A stretch of 36,614 nucleotides of DNA from Octopus bimaculoides (GCF_001194135.2 NC_068988.1:21639994-21676607); one strand, 5' to 3'. Shown: positions 11,986 through 22,770, counted from the stretch's first letter. A program made the numbers and translations. The notes: a model not told the origin generated them from the sequence alone.

Positions 11986-13090
11986 GGTCTATTGTTTTCC
12001 TTCTTTGTCCCCTCTTACGCTACAATGGTCTCAAGCCATGTTTGGCACAAAATCATATCATATATCACTTCTAAGTTACTTCCACAGATTTTCTATAGAA
12101 TTTAGTGCCAACACTGAGAGTTACAACGTCTGTGTAAACAAAGCGACCGAAGATAGAAAAATATGTGTTGCATTTGCATCTCCGAAGAATGATAGAGTCT
12201 GTACTCCTGATTTGCCAAGCCATAGATGAGAGAAAGAAAAACACACCACGTGATATGATTGTCTTTCAACGTTTAAGCACTCACGACTAAACATTAAGAA
12301 CATAACCAGCAATGGAGACTCAGACTCTACAGGTATTTATTACTTAATTCAATTTCAGTTAATTTGCTACGCGATTTTGTCATATTATTCATTTTATGTA
12401 TCCTATGGCGTATAATCTAATTTACTTACGATTCTTCCTAGTGTTCCCGTTCTTCTTACGATTTTCCCCATTGTCCCTATCTATCTATCTATCTACCTGT
12501 CTTTCTGTCTGTCTGTTTCTCTATTTGTTTCCCAATTTGCCTGTCTATATCTCAGTCTGTCTGCATATATGCATGTATGTCTAACTACATTTTTCTTGCT
12601 TATCTCTAAATACCTCAACATAAGTGTTACTCCATCTGGTTATACGATTAAGCATTACAGCCGAAACTAGTAACAAGGTAACTATTGTTTGTTAACTTAT
12701 TTTCATATCTTGTCATTTGTTATAACTCTTCTCACATTTCCGTAAAACATGTAACTGCTCTGATTTAATACTTACAATATAAAGAAGTTCTTTGAGATAC
12801 GTTAATGTTCTTTCTGTCTCTCTGTGTATATGTCTCTGTCTTTTGCAGAAAAAAGATGAAAAACCCCCGAAACTTGAAGAATTTTATTCTATGTAGACAT
12901 GAAAAGATTAAGAACTAAAGCTTAAATGTACATATTCTTCAACGTAACGGAATTTAACCAAGAAGAGATGCTCTCCCCTTTTGAAGTAAATTCACCACAG
13001 AGAGAACGCATGTTGTGTGTGTGTTTGTGTGTGTATTGTGTGTATGTGCGTGTATGTGCGTGTGTGTATATATATATATATATATATACA

Positions 13091-13290
13091 GTTGAAATTT
13101 ACAGAAAAACAAAAGACGATGACAGGTGTATAAACAACAAGCAAGTGTATTAGTTTAACGCTCAGGAAGGTGAGAAAACCTTTTACGTTTCGAGCCTACG
13201 CCCTTCAAAAGAAAAGAACATGAGGAAATAAACAGAGAGAGAATAAAGAAAAGCTTTTGGAGCTAGCGGTCAATCATGGCCAAAAGTAGT
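13091..13290 (-). mobile_element. Solo copy of the repeat forming the 3' end of the Penelope-like fragment (pLTR-like)
   Basis: Collinear similarity with 19545-19745 (aatttacag/cgaaaa...gacga..ag.tgt..aaacaacaa...gtattagt.taacgctc..gagcctacgc.cttcaa); both copies abut (TA)n. Confidence 0.65.
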
Positions 13291-13349
13291 TAGACAAGAG
13301 AGTTAGAAACAAGAGGAGATAATAAAATATTGGTGATCTCAAGATGAAG

Positions 13350-13690
13350 GTGCGCGTGCGTTAGTATGTGAGAGTGTGTGTGTGTGCATGTGGATAGGGG
13401 CTGGTGACTTTGATGTGTAGATGTGTGCGTGTGTAAGTGTGTGCGTCTGTAATGTGTGGGTGTGTGGATGATGGTGTGGGTGTTGGGAAGTGGTCAGTGC
13501 TAGTGTGTGCGGGGTGGTGTGACGTGGTGTGTGGTGTAGCGATGTTGGGGTGTAGAAATGCGAGGGTGTGGTGTGGGGATGTCAGGGTGGGATGTTGGGT
13601 TTGGGGTGAGGATGTGGGTGTAGAGGTGGAGTATGTGGGAGTGCGATGTGTGGGTGTAGGGTGTGAGGTGGGGTTGGGATGCTGGAGCAC
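13350..13690 (+). repeat. Degenerate G/T-rich (GT)n-like tract
   Basis: Direct reading; source of the spurious ORFs 13361-13699 and 13437-13859. Confidence 0.85.
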
Positions 13691-14109
13691 CGATATCAAA
13701 TATTTCTCCTGTTGTTTTAAGAATATTTCATTCTACAGATCCACTACACACAGATATGCACACATACACACGACATCATTTCAACTTCACAATGAAGATA
13801 TCTCTATCGATAATGTATCTGTCATTAAGTTAAACTCATCTCTAATGTCGTTAACATAGAAAGTCATGACACTGTAGAAGACATCAATATCCCTATGAAA
13901 AAATATCCCTGTCAACGAGTCATCTCTCGCTATGTCAACATTATTATAATCAATCGCCTTCAACTAATCATCCCGAACAGCAAGCGCTCCCTCAGTCAAT
14001 AATCCTGCAGTCACCTCCATCGATAAATCATTATTATCCACAAGTCATCATCGGAAACAGTGTCTCATCACCGGAAGCACTAATTTTATATTTAGGAGCA
14101 TTTTATTTA

Positions 14110-14942
14110 CAGGGTGTTCGGACTAAATTTGACGATTTTTACGTCTCCTTTTTATTCAGGAACAGCTTGATGTAATGTTGAACAGTCAACGGCGTTGGTG
14201 AGCATAAATATTAAAGTTGTAATTGACGAAAAAGTTCGCTGACAAGGAGTGCTGGAAGCCACCAGAATATTGGAATTATAGTTACGTGAATCATTGATGA
14301 CTCACACAGAGTATCAAAATACCGATATCATGATTGGTGTTCAATGCTGTAAAGACTGTAAAACGTGGCATGAACTTTTGCAACGGAGACTACAAAGCCG
14401 TGGCCAGAAGGAAGAGACACAGCAGTCTCCTGCCTGTGTCTGTCTCGCTGCACTTCACCTCCACATCTTTGAACTGAGCCTTAAGCTCAATTCAGATGGC
14501 TATTTGAAGCTGATGAAGACTATGATCAATCCCTGGGTGGAATGAGTTTCTACTGAGAGGCCATATGTGTGGTAACAGGATTCGGCTCAGTAGTTGCCTG
14601 AGGGTTGTCTGACTTCACCAGCTCCAATTTCTGGTCTTCTAATTCCCCCCGATTGTAATTCCATTGATTATTTTTTGTGGGTCGCAGTTGGGAAGATACC
14701 AGCCGCTCTACCTGCAACACCAAGGCCGAACTGGTGGCCAACATCAAGGAGGTAGAAGATCTTCCTTGGGATACAGTGAGGAACGCATACGTCAGGTTCC
14801 TGAACTGTCTTGAGGCTGTGGTAGAAAGTGAGTGCGGCTACTTTGAGTAAACTTTTATCCCATAACCATGATCTGCTATGGATCGGATACTGCGTTCTCT
14901 TCTCCTTTTATGCAAACTGCCAAATTTAGCCCAAACATCCTA
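14110..14942 (+). mobile_element. Internally deleted maT-like (Tc1/mariner superfamily) DNA transposon with TIRs and TA TSD
   Basis: Left ta|cagggtgttcggactaaatttgacgattt versus right-end reverse complement ta|taggatgtttgggctaaatttggcagttt. Transposase remnants LNSDGYLKL..INPWVE, RPYVW*QDSA, FWSSNSPDCNSIDY, CNTKAELVANIKE, LEAVVESECGYFE* (ends 14850). The D-D spacing cannot be counted because of the deletion. Confidence 0.85.
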
Positions 14943-16237
14943 TATTATGCGAAGTCACAATGTTTGCTAATTCTCCTTCAAATCTTCATTTAACTACACT
15001 TAGGCTATATATGATAATATTATTTTTCGAAGACGTTGGAACCGAATGTTGACACCTGCCTCAATAATCTTTAACAGATAAAAATCATAATTATTTTGTA
15101 ACTTAATACTTTATAATTACTGTTATTCTACATTTTTTATTTCTAATTTAGATGCAGATCTAGCTATATTTGAAATGAGAAGATTAGTCGATTGCAGTAA
15201 CATAGTATTTGACTAGTACATTATTCTGTTCAAATGCCGCTGAAGTCAAATTTCCCTCGGTAGGGTTTGAACACGGAATGTATAAAGCTGTAGGGAGATA
15301 CCTCAAAACAATCTGTACTGAAACCTTTGAATTTTGGTGTTGGGTCCCCACCACTTAACTAGCACATTATTTCATTGAGCAGTGCATGTCACCAGAGAAG
15401 AAAAACACATATATTAATAGGATTCGAGCCTGAATAATAAAAGAAATGATTGCATTCGATTATACAATTCAGTGACATAACCCCTACAATAATCCTTGGC
15501 CATCGTCGGCGTATTTATATTTAGCATTTAATATATTAATTTCAACATAGAAATAAAAAATGTTGCTTATTCTATGAGTATTTTTTGTTTTTATTCTAAA
15601 TGTTTTCCTGTTACAGTATCTGTCTCTTGATTTGTAAATAAACTATTGGTTTCTCTAATTTTATTTTCATAATGTATTCTTTGCTTTTCTATCTCAGGCA
15701 AGAAACTGCGGTGATTTATAATCCTCTATGTGTTAGCTAAGTTACAAGATGTTTTCTGGAATTTAAGTGCTATATTTCATTGCTATATTATGATACACAT
15801 AAACGCACATAAGCGTACACATACGGAGACAAACATACGCAGACACACATATAACGGAGGCAGACACAAACACAGACACACACTCACATGAATATGTTAT
15901 GTTATTTGCAAACAGTGGTATAAACAAATTACTAAAGTCTAAGTACGTCTCGTCTCGTAGAGCAAATCTAATATAATATTATTTTTAAAGTTGATTACTT
16001 TTCCATTACTTCAAATTTCTTGCAGGAGAGGCAGTCGTCACATGGTATATAAATGAAGAAATATTTTTAAATGGTCTTGAAATATCTTTCGTTGATAAAA
16101 CATCAGACGGATGATTCTCAAACTCATGGTAGACATAAGGTCTAAAAAATCAGATATCTATATACATGTGTGTGAGTGTGCGTGTGTGTATGAGCGTGTG
16201 TGAGCACGTGTGTGTCTATATCTTTGTATCTCCAACT

Positions 16238-16241
<4 letters not shown>

Positions 16242-16300
<59 letters not shown>

Positions 16301-17087
16301 GAATAAACACAGACACATATACACACACGTCTACACAAACATTTGATCACTATAAACAAATCATCAGTGTAGTTGTTCGGTTAGAAATTGTCGAACCCTC
16401 ATACGTCGTCTAACAACGAGAGAGTCCATCATATATATANNNNNNNNNNNNNNNNNNNNNNNNNNNNNNNNNNNNNNNNNNNNNNNNNNNNNNNNNNNNN
16501 NNNNNNNNNNNNNNNNNNNNNNNNNNNNNNNNNNNNNNNNNNNNNNNNNNNNNNNNNNNNNNNNNNNNNNNNNNNNNNNNNNNNNNNNNNNNNNNNNNNN
16601 NNNNNNNNNNNNNNNNNNNNNNNNNNNNNNNNNNNNNNNNNNNNNNNNNNNNNNNNNNNNNNNNNNNNNNNNNNNNNNNNNNNNNNNNNNNNNNNNNNNN
16701 NNNNNNNNNNNNNNNNNNNNNNNNNNNNNNNNNNNNNNNNNNNNNNNNNNNNNNNNNNNNNNNNNNNNNNNNNNNNNNNNNNNNNNNNNNNNNNNNNNNN
16801 NNNNNNNNNNNNNNNNNNNNNNNNNNNNNNNNNNNNNNNNNNNNNNNNNNNNNNNNNNNNNNNNNNNNNNNNNNNNNNNNNNNNNNNNNNNNNNNNNNNN
16901 NNNNNNNNNNNNNNNNNNNNNNNNNNNNNNNNNNNNNNNNNNNNNNNNNNNNNNNNNNNNNNNNNNNNNNNNNNNNNNNNNNNNNNNNNNNNNNNNNNNN
17001 NNNNNNNNNNNNNNNNNNNNNNNNNNNNNNNNNNNNNNNNNNNNNNNNNNNNNNNNNNNNNNNNNNNNNNNNNNNNNNNNNNNNNNN

Positions 17088-17134
<47 letters not shown>
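16242..17134. repeat. (TATC)n at 16242-16280 and (TA)n on both sides of gap 16440-17087
   Basis: Direct reading. Confidence 0.9.
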
Positions 17135-17137
<3 letters not shown>

Positions 17138-17494
17138 CACCAATGTATGTATGTGGGGGTGTCGAGACTCTCACGTACATATATATGTGTGTTTATCATT
17201 GCAATCGCTTATTTAGTCGGTCGTTGTTTATCATCACGAGTTAGAGAAGCGTCTTTGCAAAATTCTTTGCTTTTCTTTTTTTCGATAATGACGTAAATTT
17301 CAGTTTCATGAAATCGAGTTCATCATCTCGGCTTTATGCATTTATTTAATTTCTTTTTCGCTTCAACTATAGAGTTCATAAATTTCTTATATATCTTTGT
17401 TGATTCGTTTGAATTTCATCAATACGAAACAGTTAAAGACTTATAAATTATAATTAATCCGACCTTGAAATAACCAAGGACTTATTCTTGTATT

Positions 17495-17550
17495 CTTTTA
17501 TTCTTTTATTTGTTTCAGTCATTTTACTGCGGTCATGCTGGAGCACCGCA
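17495..17550 (-). mobile_element. Family B SINE 3' tail
   Basis: ttttatttgtttcagtcattttactgcggtcatgctggagcaccgc is the reverse of the family B tail. Confidence 0.7.
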
Positions 17551-17680
17551 TTATTAATTATAGTTTCTGAAGCCTTGATTGCTTTGTACCCATGAAACTG
17601 AATCAGGTGGAAAAAAGATATACATGCGTATCAAGGATTTTATTAAAGGTTATATTATTTCATTATTAAAGGGAAGAAAG

Positions 17681-17735
17681 GGGGCGAGCTAGAAGAATCG
17701 TTAGCATGCCGGACAATAAGCTTAACGGCAGTTCA
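17681..17735 (+). mobile_element. Family A SINE head fragment
   Basis: ggcgagctagaagaatcgttagcatgccggac matches the family A 5' end. Confidence 0.65.
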
Positions 17736-17737
17736 CT

Positions 17738-18190
17738 CATCCCAATCCAAACAAATCAGGTGCTAGAACATAACAGACCTATTGGTGGTGGACAAGGTGC
17801 ACCACATTTGCTATATAGTTGACGTTGCATGCTCCTTTGACCCACGAATAGTCAAGAAGGAAGGCGAAACAATAAATAGATACAGCCCTCTTAAGTACGA
17901 AATAGCGCAGTTATGGAAAATGAAGTAAGTGAAGATAGTGCCAATTATTGTTGGATACTTGGGATCGGTATCAAAAGGTATCAAGAGGAATATAAAGGAA
18001 ATTGGAATAGAGTGCCCAGTAGAATTGGTACGAAAAGGTTTGCCTCCTTGGCACCGCCAGAATAATCAGGAAAGTATTAAATGAAAAGAACGAATATCGT
18101 GGTACCGTAGGCTGCAAGTAGTAAGCCCGCTACGTATGAAGACTCCAGGAGTTCCAATAAAACCTGTGATAAGGAAAAAAAAAAAAAATT
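17738..18190 (+). mobile_element. 3' fragment of an R4/Dong-like non-LTR retrotransposon: restriction-like endonuclease domain, 3' UTR and poly(A)
   Basis: PIQTNQVLEHNRP/DLLVVDK..CYIVDVACSFDPRIVKKE..RYSPLKYEIAQLW..VKIVPIIVGYLGSV..IGIECPVELVRK/CLLGTARIIRKVL fits the PD-(D/E)xK RLE signature; aataaa then an A-run at 18175-18188. Confidence 0.85.
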
Positions 18191-18334
18191 ATTATTATTT
18201 CTACTCTAGACACAAGGCCATAAAAAATTTTGGGTGAAAGTGGGCTGGTCGATTACATTGACTCCAGTGCGTAACTGTTATTAATTTCCTTGCTCCCGAA
18301 AGGATAAAAGACAAAGTCGAGCTGGGCGCAGTTT
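18189..18334 (-). mobile_element. Family A SINE 3' half with (TTA)n tail, truncated by gap 18335-18763
   Basis: gtcgattacattgactccagtgcgtaactg...cccgaaaggataaaagacaaagtcga matches family A reversed. Confidence 0.75.
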
Positions 18335-18763
18335 NNNNNNNNNNNNNNNNNNNNNNNNNNNNNNNNNNNNNNNNNNNNNNNNNNNNNNNNNNNNNNNNNN
18401 NNNNNNNNNNNNNNNNNNNNNNNNNNNNNNNNNNNNNNNNNNNNNNNNNNNNNNNNNNNNNNNNNNNNNNNNNNNNNNNNNNNNNNNNNNNNNNNNNNNN
18501 NNNNNNNNNNNNNNNNNNNNNNNNNNNNNNNNNNNNNNNNNNNNNNNNNNNNNNNNNNNNNNNNNNNNNNNNNNNNNNNNNNNNNNNNNNNNNNNNNNNN
18601 NNNNNNNNNNNNNNNNNNNNNNNNNNNNNNNNNNNNNNNNNNNNNNNNNNNNNNNNNNNNNNNNNNNNNNNNNNNNNNNNNNNNNNNNNNNNNNNNNNNN
18701 NNNNNNNNNNNNNNNNNNNNNNNNNNNNNNNNNNNNNNNNNNNNNNNNNNNNNNNNNNNNNNN

Positions 18764-18817
<54 letters not shown>

Positions 18818-19544
18818 ACTATGCTTCAATAAAAAACTTAAACAATTATCGATCCGCTGAACATGAGATATGAAACTATCAATCTTCTCTCTCTATGCTC
18901 TTCGTAAGCTATTTAAACTATGACGGTATTTATGATATCAGAGATACAAAGCTGATTGACTACAAATATTATAATCCTGTATTAGACTTTTGTTTAGGAA
19001 AGAAAATAACTTTGGAATTTGAACTAAAAATATTTACTGTAGAGAAATTAATAAATACCCACAAAAATTGTGTAAAAATAAAATCAACGCATACATAGAT
19101 AATGGAAAATTTATAGTTAATCCTTAAATAATCTTTAAAAAAAACAGACGCTTAACTTTAATCGTTAATTTTAATCATAATTGCAATAATCTCTCTTTCA
19201 GTGCATTTTGTAAAGAAGGAGCTGATTTTTAAGAATGGAACAAAGTTACACTACAGGAATTTAAATTGAAGTAACTTGCTGCATTCTCTATATCTAAAAT
19301 TACGTAAGAAATTTCAGAAAGCTGTTGTATGTTTATATTCTTCCGCTTACAGTAAATTGTGAGCAGAAGTTATCTTTGCCTTGAAAAAAAAGTAGAAACA
19401 GCTTTTCGAGATTTCCTCATAGATAATTAGTAATATAGCCAAAATAAGAGTAGCAATAATTATGGGGACAAACGTAAGTTTATGAATGCATGTATCCGCG
19501 CATGGGTTACATATATATACTTGATATATATATATATATATATA

Positions 19545-20580
19545 GGAGAATTTACGAAAAAACAACAGACGAAGATAGGTGGTGTAAACAACAAATTGAT
19601 GTATTAGTATAACGCTCGAGAATAGAGAAAGTCTTTGACGAGCCTACGCTCTTCAACTGAAAGGAACACAGAAAGAAACAAGGAGAGAAACAAGGAGAAA
19701 AAATATATAAATGTAGTGGTCAGCGATCTATCATGGCGAATTCCGGACAGAAGGATCACACAGGAGAGCCAAGAAATTGAATAATAGAAGAAACGTGAAA
19801 AGAACTGAGAAGGTAGCATATAGAAAACGCAGACGGTAAACAACGGAAAACGAAAAACGGAAAACCAGAAACAAAAATGTAAGATTAAAAGTAAAATTAA
19901 AAACTAAAATGGTAAAAGAGCTATCCTCCTTAGACCTTAAATGATAAGATTGGAAATATATCACTCAGGAATACGCAGAATTTTCCAATTCTTCAAAATA
20001 TATCTATACATATGCATGCAACCGCTGAAAATTTCTGACCTAGAGTTCATTAGAGATCTAGGGGTTTTAAATCTGAACCGGATTTGCGCGCTTTAGCCAA
20101 AGTTTACATTTATTCTATGTATTCAGATAAGGTATGGATTTCTCAATTACTATCCATTTAGTCACAAGCGGTGTTTCGTTATCTTTCAAAGTCCATACGT
20201 AGCTAGAGAACTTAGTAGCTTTGCTTTTGTCCCTATGTCGGAAGGAGGCTACGTGACTGGCCGAGCGATTTTTAAATTCACCTTCAGATGATCCAATATA
20301 GGTCTTCTTATCAGTTGTATTATTATTTAGGGCTGCAGTGGCATCTGCCTCATATATAATAGATTTAATCATACATCGTTGGTCAAGTAGACAGGATCCG
20401 GGGTCGCGACAGTTGCAACTGAATTCAGGCTCTCGGTATTTACCACTTGTAATGATACTCTTCATACTGGGGCAGCAGCTATATGATAATCTCACAGAAC
20501 GCCTATTAAATATTTTCCTGTATCTATGAGTGACTTGAAAATGTCTGTCTAGGAGATTGGTAGATATTTAAGTCCATGCA
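19545..20580 (-). mobile_element. 3' portion of a Penelope-like retroelement: linker, GIY-YIG endonuclease and 3' terminal repeat (probably Naiad-type)
   Basis: Minus translation NLLDRHFQVTHRYRKIFNRRSVRLSYSCCPSMKSII..CNCRDPGSCLLDQRC (CxCx5Cx5C)..IIYEA..TYIG..FKNRSASH..SYVWTLK..PY..CKLWL..LMNSRSEIFSGCMH. One stop and frameshifts; RT domain absent; ends at (TA)n. Confidence 0.88.
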
Positions 20581-20699
20581 TACTTACATATGTTTCATAC
20601 ATTACATACGCTTATGAAAAATTATGCAAAGGGAAAAATACTTCATCTTTCTCTCTTATCATTTTATGTAAATTTTGTCCTCTTCCTTTGTCATTTACC

Positions 20700-20722
20700 T
20701 ACACACGTTCACACACACACAG

Positions 20723-20796
<74 letters not shown>
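20700..20796. repeat. (CA)n microsatellite
   Basis: Direct reading. Confidence 0.95.
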
Positions 20797-21808
20797 CTCT
20801 GCTAATTTCTTTCTCCTTCTTTCTCTCATCTTCCCTCACTTCACTTCTTTTGTTCCAGAAAAGAGATTGAGTATGCAACTCTTCGTAAAATAAACATATT
20901 GTTTTCCTCTGTTACATTCTATCTTATTTTATATTTCTTTTTTTCTCTCTGTATTTATTTTCTCCCTATTTCCTTATTTCTCTTATTCTATTTACATATA
21001 ACTCCCTTTTTTTCACTCAGAAAAATTTTGGATAGAATCTTGGAGAATCTACGAGAAATTAAAATTGGAATAATAAAAAAATAAATATCATTCTGCATTA
21101 CTTTTCTAATAAACAGCTTTAAGAAGAGATAGAAACTTGGATGAAGTCTGAAGTAATCAACTTTTTCTTCAATTTTAGTTGACAACATCTTTAGAATGCA
21201 ATGTCCTAAAAACCTTAGCATATGATAAATTGCGTAAACGCACAAGTTCATCCAGAGGAATGTTCGGAGAAAATTGACATAACTCTGTTTCCCAAAAGAC
21301 ACGAAGATTGCAACATATTCTCTCGGAAGAAGAGTTGCGGGAAGCCCTGGATATGTGTCATAGAATGCGTTAAGAAGACCATGGCCAGAGATGTTGATAT
21401 GAGCGTTGATCATCGGATTGTCATCACCCTTTGTTTTAGTACTGTACAGGTTGCTGGTCATTACAGAAGTAAGATATAACAATATGAGGTGGGGTGGCAT
21501 TTCCATTAATATCTACGTTCTACTTTTTAAACAAAAGAAGGTCGTGTTTCTTATTGAAAAAAGACTAACTTACCAGCATAATACAGGAAAAAGATCAGAG
21601 GTGTAGTTTCTTTTATATATATNNNNNNNNNNNNNNNNNNNNNNNNNNNNNNNNNNNNNNNNNNNNNNNNNNNNNNNNNNNNNNNNNNNNNNNNNNNNNN
21701 NNNNNNNATATTAGGGACAAAATCCAAAATTACAGGTAAAAACGCAATTAAAATCAATTTATAAAAAATTAAAATTAAATTGAGCTTTAGAGATAATATA
21801 TATATAAA

Positions 21809-21986
21809 ATATATAGTTTTAGGGAAAATAACGTGTAATCTTTTTATTATATTTATCTTATGATATTTACTTCACTTTATATTATACTCATTTATTGTGC
21901 TTTTAATTGTTAATTTTTCTATATGTGATAGTGGATTTTCATCGATGAGTTCTTGAAACTTGGTTATTTTCCCTAAAACTATATAT
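21809..21986. repeat. Perfect 24-bp inverted repeat with 130-bp spacer (MITE-like), embedded in TA runs
   Basis: atatatagttttagggaaaataac (21809-21832) versus gttattttccctaaaactatatat (21963-21986). Confidence 0.85.
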
Positions 21987-22135
21987 ATATATATATATAT
22001 ATAGTTATATGTATATATAAATTACTAAGGGTACTAGTTAAGACCAGTATTACTAAAATTAAGAGTCAAAACAACTCTAAGCCTTGGTAGAGAACTTATC
22101 GTATGACTGACAACGGAGGCAAGCTTCATACACCA

Positions 22136-22228
22136 TCCGGGGCATAGCCAGATCACCAGTGATTTCGCATTTGATTAATGCTCCTCAGTGGCTCTTACCC
22201 GACCTAGGGTTAAGCACATCGCCCCGAA
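22136..22228 (-). ncRNA. Type I hammerhead ribozyme motif (core 22146-22193), predicted cleavage after AUC between 22151 and 22150
   Basis: Minus strand reads AGCCA-CUGAGGA-GCAUU(AAUCA)AAUGC-GAAA-UCA(CUGG)UGA-UC^UGGCU. All conserved core bases are present, stem I is 5 bp, stem II is 5 bp and stem III is 4 bp. Distal stem I is UUCGGGGC/GCCCCGGA. Confidence 0.85.
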
Positions 22229-22654
22229 CTTCGTGTCCAGCTACACGATCTAAGAAATTTAACAGATTTTAATAGATTCAATGTCACCGAAAATTTTAAT
22301 TCCATCTCTAATAACACCATGTGGCCTTTCTTGACAAACAGTAGCTCCGTTTTTCAGTAGCCATCTTGGACTTCGTGCACCTCTCCATTCGACTACCTGA
22401 ATTCCACGAGGTAGGTTCCTGTAAGGAGTCGACGAAACTTCAAGCCGCATACGGCCGAATGAAACTTTGATTGGAGTTACATATATACTCTATCAAATGT
22501 ATTGTGTGCCTCTTTCGTTTATCCTTTCACCCGCAGTATATAAATAGGTATTTCTGTGTATGAATATAAATAATATTGTAATCATACAATTACATATTTA
22601 TATAATTTTTCCGCATATAATTACTGCATAGATTTTTATATATATTTATTATAT

Positions 22655-22770
22655 AGGCGCAGAAGTGGCTGTGTGGTAAGACGTTGCTTCCCAACTACAT
22701 GGTTCCGGGTTCAGTTCCACTGCGTGGCACCTTGGGCAAGCGTCTTCTACTATAGCCTAGGGCCGACCAA
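22655..22770 (+). mobile_element. tRNA-derived SINE, family B, 5' part truncated at (TA)n and gap 22793-23453
   Basis: A-box-like tggctgtgtgg, B-box-like ggttcagttcc, then gcaccttgggcaagcgtcttctactatagcc as in the copies at 24541-25428. Confidence 0.8.

Noticed and set aside
12849-16045. Isolated acceptor- and donor-like sites (12849, 15698, 16027-16045)
   Set aside because: Such motifs arise often by chance in AT-rich DNA, and no consistent reading frame links them.
19423-19473. Candidate 51-bp exon IISNIAKIRVAIIMGTN with a GTAAGT donor
   Set aside because: The apparent acceptor overlaps a mariner-like remnant (KVETAFRDFL) and the peptide is unrecognised.
20097-20099. Possible selenoprotein-type Penelope (Naiad) element: TGG at a normally conserved Cys of CxLC
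   Set aside because: No in-frame TGA occurs at Cys positions in this copy, and TGG is one step from TGT, TGC or TGA, so it is uninformative without a family consensus.
21938-21965. Hammerhead-like catcgatgagttcttgaaac inside the inverted repeat unit
   Set aside because: The core reads TCGATGA rather than CTGANGA, with no stem II pairing and no stem III or cleavage triplet.
22408-22470. Plus-strand cctgtaaggagtcgacgaaac and gccgcatacggccgaatgaaac as extra hammerheads
   Set aside because: Core boxes are incomplete and no stem I or stem III can be formed.
22655-22730. tRNA gene (also 4114-4180 and the family A heads)
   Set aside because: A/B boxes are present but there is no cloverleaf, and the sequence continues into SINE bodies.
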